DNA of 37,070 nucleotides, from the IMG/VR virus record IMGVR_UViG_3300040736_000110, positions 1 through 37,070 of that record; one strand, written 5' to 3'. This document shows positions 18,585 to 28,018 of this stretch, piece by piece; the stretch's first letter is position 1; every line of letters starts with the position of its first letter. Source of the stretch: a virus. Its lineage: Duplodnaviria; Caudoviricetes. The translations under genes were made by a program, and so were the position numbers. Under the pieces are notes generated by a model that ran no database searches, was not told the DNA's origin, and saw only the letters and a list, made by a program, of their open reading frames with translations.

Positions 18585-21500
18585 TTGAGACCTTTGGGGA
18601 ATGACGTAATCTCTGGTATTAATAGTTATTTGCCAGGAATTGTTATACTCTCTTGCCATGGGAATAAAGGGAGAATGCTAGTAGCTGATTCTGGAATACT
18701 AGAAAGTGGCAATTTGATCACATCATTGAACCGTTATAATGTGCCATCATATCAATATGGTAATGAAACTAGCAATGGTCTTGATAACTTGAGCAATCCA
18801 TCAAAGAAATTCTCGATAGTCCTTGCTAATTCCTGCAATACGGGTCAATATGATTATGATAGAGACCCGAATGAGACTCAAAATCCTTCTATGGCCGAGG
18901 CCTTTACGTCATTCACTGCTGGGATTGGGGGCCCGCTCTGGATTGGAAATACTAGACCTTCGTATTCAGGAAGCTTTGAAACCGTGTTTGTTTCAAACCT
19001 TTTCGATGAAGATATTTTAGCTGGTTATCCAGATGCTAATCCTTGGTGTGGAGGAGTTAGTTTTGCATCTGCACGTTTCAGTAATGGAGGAAGTGCAGAA
19101 GTAAATCATGCCAGAAATTACTTCGGTGATCCCGATATGGAAATCTGGACGACACATCCTTTGAAACTAACATTGTCTCTCGATTATCCTGGAAGGTCCG
19201 TTGTTGTTAAAGATGAATTAGGTGCATACGTGGAAAATGCTAGAGTAGTATTTATCAATGATACAGAAACAATGGTTGTATATACGGACAGTAACGGTCA
19301 GGCTTCCTCAACCATTGATTTCTTATGGGTGTTCGCTCATAAGCAGAATTACGTACATGATGGCATCCGAGTTATCCATAATCAAGAAACCATCGCTTCA
19401 GTAGGAGATCAGACTTTGGAGATATCAGACAAGATATACGTACCTGTAAATTCATCTTTGGTGCTTTCAGGAAGATTGAGGCTGATACACAGAGCAACCA
19501 TAGTATCCGAAGGGGATTTGATTATTACCGAAAATACCAATATTCAAGGGTCTAGTTCATCAGCATTCGCAGGTGAAGGTATGGGCAACAAGATAACAGT
19601 TAATGGATGTATCACAATTGGTGATAATGTAACTTTTGCTCCGGCTAATCAGATTGGTTGGGATGGTATGGGTATCGACAACGGAGATGCTGTAATAATG
19701 CAAAATGTAACCTTTACCAAATCACCGTTGGAAGTAATCAACTCTTCAACACTAATGCAGGGCTGTAGTTTAGCGAACACTAGCCTAATCGTCATAGACG
19801 GGATGATTGAAATGGACAATAGCGTAATGTCACAGTCAACTTTATCAGTAACTAACAGTAGCGCTTGTTTTAATTCGTGTGAATTCGAAGATTCAAATAC
19901 TCTTTTTGAAAATTCTGAGGCAGAGTATCAGAATTCAGCACTAACCAGAAGCCAAACTACATCTAGTAATTCTGGACTAATGATCATCGAAGGCAACTAC
20001 TTAAACTCAAGCGTGGATGTTACTGGTGGACAGCTTACTATCCAATCAACTGATATGTCCTCCACATTCGACAATTATCCAAATAATGATGCATTTGTCA
20101 ATACTGTAGATGCAAGTGTTAGTATATCTGACACTTGTGAGTTTACACGATGCAGAATTCAATGTAACAATCAGGGTGTGCCCAACGCTGTTAACATTAA
20201 CAATTCCACAATTCAGAATTGCGCCACTAGTGGAGTTAGTTTAAGTAATGTAGCCAATTTCGATATCAGCAGCAATGTCATTACTCACAATCAAATAGGC
20301 ATTGCATTACTATATAGCGGCACCGGTTCTCAAAACGCATTTAAACATAATGTAATCGAAAATAACTCTAGCACTGGTGTACGAATAGTGGCATCCAAAG
20401 TATCTATAACAGGAGATAATGAAATTCAACAAAACAACATAGGTGTTACTGCAAATAACTTTAGCAGCTGGTATATGTTGGGAAGGGAGTCATCTCCGAC
20501 CGGAGAGTATCAGCTTGTTCAGTTCAACCAAGGCCATCAAGTGTTCATGACATACGATTCCGCTCCGGATTATTTAGCATTTAATTGCATTCAGAATTCC
20601 AATCATAATACACCATGGGTTCGAGTGTTTTACCCTAGTTTGAGTCAACAGATTAATGTGTCCAATAATTATTGGGGTGAGAATTTTATTCCAGCATTGG
20701 ATTTGAACCCACTAAGTGCTTTCATTTATGAACATACATGGACTCCAGGGAATATTCAGGCAATAGAAGAAAGCGCTGCAGCAGCATTATTTAGAGATGC
20801 TTTTTACCATGAGTCTAATGCTGAGTACGCAGCAGCAATTGCCGATTACAAGCAAGTAATAGAGCTATTTCCTACAACGGAATATGCTGCGCTTGCAGCT
20901 AAAGCACTATTAAGAATTGAAGATGTTAAGAAAGACCTAGCTGATCCCAATCTTGATTATACTGCATTAAAAACTTATTACGAATCGGAAAGTAATCTTT
21001 ATCTGAATCAAGAGATTGATTACATTACATCCAATTTAATAGCGCAGACAGACTTAAGAATTGAGAATTATATCGATGCCATTAGTTTTTACGAAAGCGT
21101 GATTAGTAATCCACCTTCTAGTGTTGATTCCTTATATGCAATCATTAATCTAGGATACGCATATTTGCTCATGGAAGACTCACAAAAGGGACTGAGTTAT
21201 GTCGGTAAGTATGCTAACTTGAAACCAATTAGTTATAGTGCATGGTCGGCAAACACTGAACTTATTCTCAATGAGATCGACCAATTATATACTTCTAATG
21301 AACAGATTGTTTCCAATGATGTCATCATGACTAGTAATTATCCCAACCCCTTCAATCCTTCTACCACGATAACATTCAGTATTCCAGAGACCAGTCGAGT
21401 TCGGATATCTGTATATAATATAAAAGGGCAGAAAGTTAAGGAGTTGATGAATACTGAAATGACCCGCGGTAATCATCAACTGATTTGGGATGGCAAAGAT

Positions 21501-21593
21501 GAGAATAATCGGAATGTGGGCTCCGGTATCTACTTCTTCAAACTTGAATCAGGAGGCAAAACCTCGATACGCAAGGCAATGCTTATGAAATAA
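18585..21593 (+). CDS. Gingipain-like C25 peptidase, C-terminal part (His/Cys dyad, beta-helix, TPR, FlgD-Ig/T9SS-like CTD)
   Basis: SCHG, ANSCNTG, YFGDP; parallel beta-helix repeats; TPR; NYPNPFNPSTTI...WDGKD. Confidence 0.8.
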   Translation: MRPLGNDVISGINSYLPGIVILSCHGNKGRMLVADSGILESGNLITSLNRYNVPSYQYGNETSNGLDNLSNPSKKFSIVLANSCNTGQYDYDRDPNETQNPSMAEAFTSFTAGIGGPLWIGNTRPSYSGSFETVFVSNLFDEDILAGYPDANPWCGGVSFASARFSNGGSAEVNHARNYFGDPDMEIWTTHPLKLTLSLDYPGRSVVVKDELGAYVENARVVFINDTETMVVYTDSNGQASSTIDFLWVFAHKQNYVHDGIRVIHNQETIASVGDQTLEISDKIYVPVNSSLVLSGRLRLIHRATIVSEGDLIITENTNIQGSSSSAFAGEGMGNKITVNGCITIGDNVTFAPANQIGWDGMGIDNGDAVIMQNVTFTKSPLEVINSSTLMQGCSLANTSLIVIDGMIEMDNSVMSQSTLSVTNSSACFNSCEFEDSNTLFENSEAEYQNSALTRSQTTSSNSGLMIIEGNYLNSSVDVTGGQLTIQSTDMSSTFDNYPNNDAFVNTVDASVSISDTCEFTRCRIQCNNQGVPNAVNINNSTIQNCATSGVSLSNVANFDISSNVITHNQIGIALLYSGTGSQNAFKHNVIENNSSTGVRIVASKVSITGDNEIQQNNIGVTANNFSSWYMLGRESSPTGEYQLVQFNQGHQVFMTYDSAPDYLAFNCIQNSNHNTPWVRVFYPSLSQQINVSNNYWGENFIPALDLNPLSAFIYEHTWTPGNIQAIEESAAAALFRDAFYHESNAEYAAAIADYKQVIELFPTTEYAALAAKALLRIEDVKKDLADPNLDYTALKTYYESESNLYLNQEIDYITSNLIAQTDLRIENYIDAISFYESVISNPPSSVDSLYAIINLGYAYLLMEDSQKGLSYVGKYANLKPISYSAWSANTELILNEIDQLYTSNEQIVSNDVIMTSNYPNPFNPSTTITFSIPETSRVRISVYNIKGQKVKELMNTEMTRGNHQLIWDGKDENNRNVGSGIYFFKLESGGKTSIRKAMLMK

Positions 21594-21610
21594 TAACTAA
21601 TGACCAATTG

Positions 21611-21639
21611 AAAAAGCCCGGGGCAACCCGGGCTTTTTT
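21611..21639. terminator. Bidirectional intrinsic terminator
   Basis: AAAAAGCCCGGG GCAA CCCGGGCTTTTTT between convergent genes. Confidence 0.92.
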
Positions 21640-21663
21640 ACTGGAGATATATACTGCTAATTC

Positions 21664-23451
21664 TTAAAAAACTTCGATTTTAAACAATCTGCCAGTAGAG
21701 CCAATGTCGCTGAGATTTACGATAATCTCCCTATCAATCAATGGAAATTTACTATTAGGCCGCTCCATAGGCCAGTCAGAGTCGATGACAGAAAGAATGT
21801 ACTGCAGATTGTAGTTTTGACATACATTGCGCGCGAGGTTCAGCAATTGGATTTTCTTCCTATCATCCAAACCTTCTAAAATGCCATCATGATAAACAAA
21901 CTTAAAGAACGGCTTATCGGCATATACTTGCAGTATGGATAAATCGAACATAGCACATAACACTTGTTTATATGATGTTCCCTTGCTTTGGCTAGTGATT
22001 TTCCCAGTATTAACAATTTCCGCTTCAAACTCGAAATTCTTCGCTTTATTCGGAGTAATTGAGATTATCGCTTCCTCACCTAACACTTCCTTAACTGATT
22101 TCGAGAAAGCCATACGAATGTCGTTATATGTGTTGTTGCCTCTTTTTATCTCATTCTCAATGTTAACAGTTGCAATGTTTCTTTCCTGCTGAAGCTCCTT
22201 AATTTGATTCTCTAAAAACTCCAGCTTCTCGGTAATATCCATCATTTTTTCAAGCAGTTCTCGTTGCGTTTTCAGGTTAACCAATGACTTCTGATAGTCC
22301 CTAAACCTGCGGCCAGTTTTTGTTTCCATCAGAATGGATAATGCTCTCTGTCTTTCCTCATTATACTTTGAAAGGTCTTTGTCGACTTCGATGAGCTCGT
22401 CCATAATCTGGTTAAATCTAATCGATAAGAACTTCTTTCTATCGATCGTTATTCTACGATTGAAATCAATCAGGCTGCTGTAGTCTTTAAGTAGCTGTTC
22501 GCTAAAATAGAGTGATGCCTCTTCAAATATCTTTCTTGTTTTCTGGATATCCTCCACGCAATCAAGACTCAACTGTTTTTTTATGGTTTCAGCTTCCAGG
22601 CTCAAGGAGTATCTAATCTCATTCAGGGCTGAAACGGAGGTTTCAATCTTCGATACGAGATCGTCAGTGATTCTTTCATCAATCTCCTTGAAACTAAGCG
22701 TGTCCAGCGAAGTCTCAAGATCTCTGATCTCATTGTCTACAAGTAAGATCTTGCCATTCAACTTATCAATCGAGTCTATCGAGCCAGGAAATTCTCTTCT
22801 CACGATCCGAATTTGGGATTCAACTTCACTAACTTCATCGTCGATGTCATAAGTCCTTTTCATTTGACTCCCATCAAAACCCAATATTTGGAATAAGTAG
22901 GGTTTCCAGTCCTTGTGTTGTCCTTTGAACCTATTCAATTGAAAGACATCTTGGTAATCATATTGGGAGCGGAGAAAATAAGGAAGTCCGACTCGATATG
23001 TCCACGGCTTAATAGGTTCAAATGAGAGATAGGCGTCAAGTAGTGCTTTGGCTTTCGCCAGAGGTATGTCTGAATGTGTCCAGATATCCATGATTTCTGC
23101 GCTAAAATCCTGCTGTCTTTCTTCATGCAGCAAGAGAGATATCTTGGTATGCGATTTTACGGATCGCTTTATTGTTAGATATCTAGATCCCCCGGAAAGA
23201 CTCAATTCCAGATAGAACTCAAAATCCTTAAATAAATTAGAGTGCTTAAACAGGAATGATTCCTTAGACCGCTTCTTAAGGAGCATAAAATCTAATAGCT
23301 CAATGAGTGTAGTTTTACCAAGATTATGGGTGTCCTTATTATAATTCTCGGGGTCCGTGATTTCAGCATATACGATGTTTAAGCCATCGATGTTGAAGAC
23401 AATATCATGGAACTTGTCTTTGAGGTTCGAGTACAACTTGCTTATCTGCAT
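21664..23451 (-). CDS. SMC/ABC-type ATPase, DUF2326-like (Lamassu LmuB/ABC-3C ATPase)
   Basis: Walker A THNLGKTT, long coiled coil, signature SKGTSY, Walker B FVYHDG. Confidence 0.82.
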   Translation of the reverse strand: MQISKLYSNLKDKFHDIVFNIDGLNIVYAEITDPENYNKDTHNLGKTTLIELLDFMLLKKRSKESFLFKHSNLFKDFEFYLELSLSGGSRYLTIKRSVKSHTKISLLLHEERQQDFSAEIMDIWTHSDIPLAKAKALLDAYLSFEPIKPWTYRVGLPYFLRSQYDYQDVFQLNRFKGQHKDWKPYLFQILGFDGSQMKRTYDIDDEVSEVESQIRIVRREFPGSIDSIDKLNGKILLVDNEIRDLETSLDTLSFKEIDERITDDLVSKIETSVSALNEIRYSLSLEAETIKKQLSLDCVEDIQKTRKIFEEASLYFSEQLLKDYSSLIDFNRRITIDRKKFLSIRFNQIMDELIEVDKDLSKYNEERQRALSILMETKTGRRFRDYQKSLVNLKTQRELLEKMMDITEKLEFLENQIKELQQERNIATVNIENEIKRGNNTYNDIRMAFSKSVKEVLGEEAIISITPNKAKNFEFEAEIVNTGKITSQSKGTSYKQVLCAMFDLSILQVYADKPFFKFVYHDGILEGLDDRKKIQLLNLARNVCQNYNLQYILSVIDSDWPMERPNSKFPLIDREIIVNLSDIGSTGRLFKIEVF

Positions 23452-23705
23452 TTTGAGTCCAAGTATACAAAGCTATCGTTCTGCGTATAATATTCAATTG
23501 CTCCGAGTAGATAAAGGATATCAATCGCGGGGAGCAGGTTCGAATTTACTTCGTTGATTTGTTGAGAGATGCTTTCCTTATCGCTAAGCTTTTTTACCAG
23601 ATTTGAAAAACTAATCACCCGTTCTTTTCTAATAATGTCTAATAGACAGCCCGACAAATAAAGAGCCGACCTATTATACGCGAAGTGCTTACCTGGTTTG
23701 ATCAT
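23442..23705 (-). CDS. ABC-three-component middle component (LmuC-like)
   Basis: 87 aa; MIKPGKH....S.LY and AID.LYLLGAIEY; ATGA overlap with effector gene. Confidence 0.72.
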   Translation of the reverse strand: MIKPGKHFAYNRSALYLSGCLLDIIRKERVISFSNLVKKLSDKESISQQINEVNSNLLPAIDILYLLGAIEYYTQNDSFVYLDSKCR

Positions 23706-24631
23706 AGTTTTTTTCCTATATCGCAGGCGCAATACATGTAATATAGAAAAGAGCGAGTTAGTTTTTTGTTTTTACCCAAATAGCTGTCTCCATGTAGAAG
23801 ATTCTCATAGATAGCTGACAGTATCTCATCCATACACGAGCCCTTCGCTAGTTCGGAAAGAACCTTTTGCTGTAAATGATCCGTGGATTCAAGATACATA
23901 GATCGATATTCATCATTTATCGGGTCATTTAGGTATTGGTCTATACTGCCAAAAACACTAAAGGCTGTTTCTTGTATGTATTTGAAATAATCTTGGCTAA
24001 GATCATTTAGGAGGTTTTTCTGGGGTAACTCAAGATATAGCAAGGAATCGTTATTACCTAAGCTCTTCAATGTCGGTAAAACCTTAGAAAACCCTTGAAT
24101 GATCTGCGCCAGTTCATCGGGTACAAACGTTAATGGCGAATAGAAAAAGTCAATATTATACTTTCGAGGCAGATCAACGTTATCCTTGAGATAGTCTTGG
24201 ATCATCTCAATACCATAGAGTAAAATCGAAGATTCTGGCAAACTCGTCTCTTTAGCTATCAGTTCTGTAATCTCGTATGCGACCTGAGAGGTCAATTTAC
24301 GATTGCTGAACAGCATATAGAAATCCAGCCTTTGTTGTTCAACCAGTGCTCTGATCTTGGGGATTTCTTCTCGGATTATTGAACTTTGGTTCCCCAAAAA
24401 ATCCCCATCCGAAAAACTTGCCACAGGGTTGTTGGTGTGCTTGGCTTGAATAACGTGTTTTCCTTCCTTCTTAAACTGATCTGAATAGCCGTTATAATAT
24501 GCGTCTCTGCCACCATCCCTTCCTGGTGCGTAAAATTGCACAACTGAGCATAGAATTTCGGTACAAATACCTGCTACCACCTGTTCAAACTGCTCTGAAT
24601 AAATACCGCATAAATCATATCTCATAAGCAT
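23702..24631 (-). CDS. Mrr-like PD-(D/E)xK nuclease effector with ABC-3C C-terminal domain (LmuA-like)
   Basis: FEQ..., GRDGGRD, VIQAKH nuclease motifs; C-terminal FLYYMYCACDIG. Confidence 0.75.
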   Translation of the reverse strand: MLMRYDLCGIYSEQFEQVVAGICTEILCSVVQFYAPGRDGGRDAYYNGYSDQFKKEGKHVIQAKHTNNPVASFSDGDFLGNQSSIIREEIPKIRALVEQQRLDFYMLFSNRKLTSQVAYEITELIAKETSLPESSILLYGIEMIQDYLKDNVDLPRKYNIDFFYSPLTFVPDELAQIIQGFSKVLPTLKSLGNNDSLLYLELPQKNLLNDLSQDYFKYIQETAFSVFGSIDQYLNDPINDEYRSMYLESTDHLQQKVLSELAKGSCMDEILSAIYENLLHGDSYLGKNKKLTRSFLYYMYCACDIGKKL

Positions 24632-24686
24632 CCTTGTCCTCACCTGCAATTGAATTTGGATGCATCAATCTGTCAATCCAATTTTG

Positions 24687-25565
24687 TCATTGTACAATTA
24701 CACTTTGCGTTCTGCATTTCCAATGAAACGGTGGAAAGGGTGTATGCGCCCCGGTGACACCTACCGGGTTCATCTCTGAGTCGTATTCGATCTGGTCGTC
24801 TTTGATCCAGGGTGCGAGGGCTTTAATGTACTCTCGGGCATCATCCAGGCTGCTGGACTTGGTGTCCAGAGCCATGAGGTTATCCATCACTTCCAAGGCA
24901 TCGTTTAGGGGATAGATCTTATCCTGGGCAGCCAGAGCCCGGCAAATGTTACTGGTGCGGTCATCCAGGATCACCACAAGCTTGTAGTATCTGGCTTTGG
25001 CTTTCTTGTAGCCTTGTAGCCTTCCGAACTCTCTGATTCTGAGAGCAGTATGCTCTGCCAGTCCCTGCCAGTAGTGGGAAGAGCGATTGGCGAGGTCATT
25101 GAACTGGTCTTTGAGAGTCTCGGCAAGCATCTCTTTAGTATAGCCCTGCTCTATAGCTTTGGTGAGGGTATCAGCGAAAATCTGCCTCGCATCCGCTTCA
25201 AAGTGGTTTCCGATCCAGAACAACTGCTGTTTCTGGATTGTGGATGAGAGATGCTAATCATCGATACCCCAGAGCCCGATGCTGGTCTTGGTCGGGGCTT
25301 GCACTTGCGTGTCCTTGAGTCCGAGCCGCACACAGCGGTCTATTATCGCTTTGGTGGGCTCATTGACCAGTGCTGCGAAGTCATCTCCCAATTGAGTATT
25401 GATGACTCCCATAAGCTTATCTATGGCGTTCTTGTTAAGCTTCTCTGATCTTGGCATGTCACTCAGCATCTGGATGGTAAGGCGTGTAGCATCCCTGATC
25501 TCGGTTTTCCAGGCATTGTTGAGGACCCGGTAGTACTCAAGCATGAGCTGATCGTAGTAGTTCAT
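24687..25565 (-). pseudogene. Head morphogenesis protein (Mu gpF/SPP1 gp7-like) with in-frame TAG at 25256-25254
   Basis: Start MNYYD overlaps terL stop; two track ORFs in the same frame separated by one TAG; DDRTSNICR and PPFHWKCR motifs. Confidence 0.8.
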
Positions 25566-27118
25566 CAGAAGCTGAACCTCCGGACTTTCACTTTGTTCCT
25601 GCCGATATCGTATTCGGAGAAGCGTTCTAAGCATCCTGCCAGAGCATCACAGCCATCGATATAGCCATCAGGATAAGTGAGGAACTGGGATATCAGAGTT
25701 GGCGTATCCTGACCCTCCGGGAAGAGCACCTTGGCCGTCTCGATAATGGTCTCGGTTCTCTCAATGCGGAGGTTCTTGTTATCCTTGTTATCGATCCGCT
25801 TGATTCTATGGCTGATCGGTGGCAGATGGTTATCTGTAGCCCATCTATCGAAGTCGGCAAGGATACGAGCCTGACCGTAAGTGGTTTCACAGGCTGCTCT
25901 GGCTTTCACTCTGTAGATTCTATCCAATTCCTGATAGGCATCATAGTAGTATCTGAAGAACTTGGTGTTCTCAGTCTGTCTTATCCATGCATGTATCACA
26001 TAGAACCTGTTACCATCATAGCCTATGGAGATAACAGCTTTGTAACAGCCCTTCTCACCCCAGGCAGGGTCGGCATAGAGCCAGACTCGCTTCATCTGAG
26101 CTGGTTCCGGTAGTGTTCTATACTTGGTGAACCAGTGATTCTTGAAGATATTCCCTTCGATTACCGGCTGTCCAAGCATCTCCCGCTGATAGCCGGTATG
26201 CCCGAACTTGGCTCGCAGGTTTGGCAGAGTGGCAGTAGGATACTGCTCTTCCCAGATGGACTTGCCATGCATATCTTCGAGAGAGAAGCGCAATATCGCC
26301 TTTTGGTGGGTCTTTAATGCAATCTGGTAGGTAACGTCTAATTCTGGATTATCAGCTCGTAAATCGCCTAATATGAGCTCCTGAAACTGGCAGATAGAGT
26401 AATTGGGATGTACCAGGTTACCGAGCCAGACGATCTTGCCATTTCCCTCGGGTGAGAGAGCTCCGGCAAGCTCCTGGGTAATCTTCTCCATACGTCTCTT
26501 ACCGATGGACTGGTTACCCATGTTCTCTTCTTTATCGATATCATCACAAACGATCAGTCCGGGTCGCTTAGCAGTCTTAGGATTGAGGGTTCCTCTATGG
26601 GACTGCTTGATTGAACGTGCTCTGATCCTGGCTTTATTCTTGAGATAGAAGTCGAGATCAAAGGCATCCACTGGCTGCAGTTCAGGATAGTCCATCGTGA
26701 GCCGCTTATTGTTCTGAAGTTCATGTAAAGTGAAGGCTGTGCGCTCCTGTGCCAGATCTATGTCTGCGGCTGTGTGGATCACATAGCGTTCACCTTTGAT
26801 GATCATCCAGATGGGATAGACCACACCCATGAGAACCGTTTTGCCCAGCCCACGAAAACCGGTGATGGCGATGATGCCTGAGCCCTTATCAGTCTCATCG
26901 AACATGGTCTCGTGCGCTGGGCAAAAAGGTAGGGGGAAGATATGTGGAAAGTAAGTATGGCAGAAGAACGAGAAGGCATCCCAACCCTCGGCTGTGGTTC
27001 GTCTTATCCTCTCAGCCTTTGCTTCGGGATTATCGTCTATAAAAGGCAAGACGGAGATCGTTTTGGATGCGATCTCCGTCAGAGCCTTGTTATGCCGCTG
27101 AATGAACTTCTTAGACAT
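25565..27118 (-). CDS. Terminase large subunit
   Basis: Walker A GFRGLGKT, Walker B IVCDDID, YQREMLGQP, nuclease YADPA and DGCDAL. Confidence 0.88.
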   Translation of the reverse strand: MSKKFIQRHNKALTEIASKTISVLPFIDDNPEAKAERIRRTTAEGWDAFSFFCHTYFPHIFPLPFCPAHETMFDETDKGSGIIAITGFRGLGKTVLMGVVYPIWMIIKGERYVIHTAADIDLAQERTAFTLHELQNNKRLTMDYPELQPVDAFDLDFYLKNKARIRARSIKQSHRGTLNPKTAKRPGLIVCDDIDKEENMGNQSIGKRRMEKITQELAGALSPEGNGKIVWLGNLVHPNYSICQFQELILGDLRADNPELDVTYQIALKTHQKAILRFSLEDMHGKSIWEEQYPTATLPNLRAKFGHTGYQREMLGQPVIEGNIFKNHWFTKYRTLPEPAQMKRVWLYADPAWGEKGCYKAVISIGYDGNRFYVIHAWIRQTENTKFFRYYYDAYQELDRIYRVKARAACETTYGQARILADFDRWATDNHLPPISHRIKRIDNKDNKNLRIERTETIIETAKVLFPEGQDTPTLISQFLTYPDGYIDGCDALAGCLERFSEYDIGRNKVKVRRFSF

Positions 27119-27284
27119 AACCGGATTCCGGAAGGATCAGCGGAGCCGAGGGGATCGGCTCCGCTGTCAGGCAGGCAGGATGTCGTGGAGCAGGAGGAAG
27201 CAGCTCCACTCGTTGGAGGGTAGGCAGGATGGTTTGAGAGGTGGGTTTGGAGGCAACCATGTCCGTGGCTGTATATCTATCCAT
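27111..27284 (-). CDS. Possible 57-aa Pro-rich ORF bridging terS and terL
   Basis: ATG overlaps terS end and TAA overlaps terL start; no recognisable motif. Confidence 0.3.
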   Translation of the reverse strand: MDRYTATDMVASKPTSQTILPTLQRVELLPPAPRHPACLTAEPIPSAPLILPESGYV

Positions 27285-27726
27285 TTCTTGTTCTTAAATA
27301 CTCGGCCAAGTCAATCACGATGCTCTGGAACTGCTTTAGCATCGTCTCATGCCCTTTCTCGATCATGAAGTCGGTAACCTGATCCAGGAAGCGAACGATG
27401 TAGTCGTTCAGCTCCTTGGCAGGCTCGGAGTCTTTCTGGTTCTGCTTGATTAAGCTTACAAGGCTTTGTAGGGCAGTGTCTGCAGGATTCTTGGCATATT
27501 CACGTAGTGCCTGGATGAGTGCCTTCTTGCGGGCTAAGCTGATCTCATGGTCGAGCTTGCGCTCTTCCTTGAACATCTCATCCCACTTGCCGGACTTGAT
27601 CCACTTGCGGACGGTGATATCTGATACTCCGAAGATCACCGCCAGCTCAGTGGGTTCGGTCTTGCCGTTCAGATAGGCTTCTTTGCAGTTGTCCCGCTTG
27701 ATGCGGAACTCGATGGAGTTACTCAT
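27277..27726 (-). CDS. Putative terminase small subunit (HTH)
   Basis: N-terminal HTH ELAVIFGVSDITVRKWIKSGKW; upstream of terL. Confidence 0.68.
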   Translation of the reverse strand: MSNSIEFRIKRDNCKEAYLNGKTEPTELAVIFGVSDITVRKWIKSGKWDEMFKEERKLDHEISLARKKALIQALREYAKNPADTALQSLVSLIKQNQKDSEPAKELNDYIVRFLDQVTDFMIEKGHETMLKQFQSIVIDLAEYLRTRNG

Positions 27727-27964
27727 ACTCAGGCTTGACCTGATTCTTGGTGATGTATTGGTTAAGGTCTTTTCCGGAGCAGCGAAGCTGTCCGTTTTCA
27801 GTAGTGCGAAAGGCTCGCAGAGGGTTGGCAATGTCTCTAATCCAACGATAGACGGTTTTCCTGCTCACTCTGAGAGCGGCAGCAACTTCGTCCGGTCGGT
27901 AGTTGCGATTGATATCGAACACTTTCATTGGCTCCTCTGCTGTTATCGTTTCTATGGATGCCAT
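27719..27964 (-). CDS. Excisionase/MerR-type HTH DNA-binding protein
   Basis: YRPDEVAAALRVSRKTVYRWI. Confidence 0.8.
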   Translation of the reverse strand: MASIETITAEEPMKVFDINRNYRPDEVAAALRVSRKTVYRWIRDIANPLRAFRTTENGQLRCSGKDLNQYITKNQVKPEYE

Positions 27965-27987
27965 GTTTCAATCTCCCTTGCTTTGAT

Positions 27988-28014
27988 CAAATCAGGATGG
28001 GCTACCATGAGACA
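27988..28014 (-). promoter_or_regulatory. Putative late/middle-operon regulatory motif, copy B
   Basis: 21/27 identity with 15402-15428; intergenic before the HTH-terminase operon. Confidence 0.55.
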
Positions 28015-28018
28015 GTAT

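Larger units (their letters stand above)
17182..21593 (+). pseudogene. Single C25 peptidase gene split by a -1 frame change near 18510-18555
   Basis: Second frame is open from 18510 and overlaps the end of the first ORF; domain order is continuous across the break. Confidence 0.65.
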
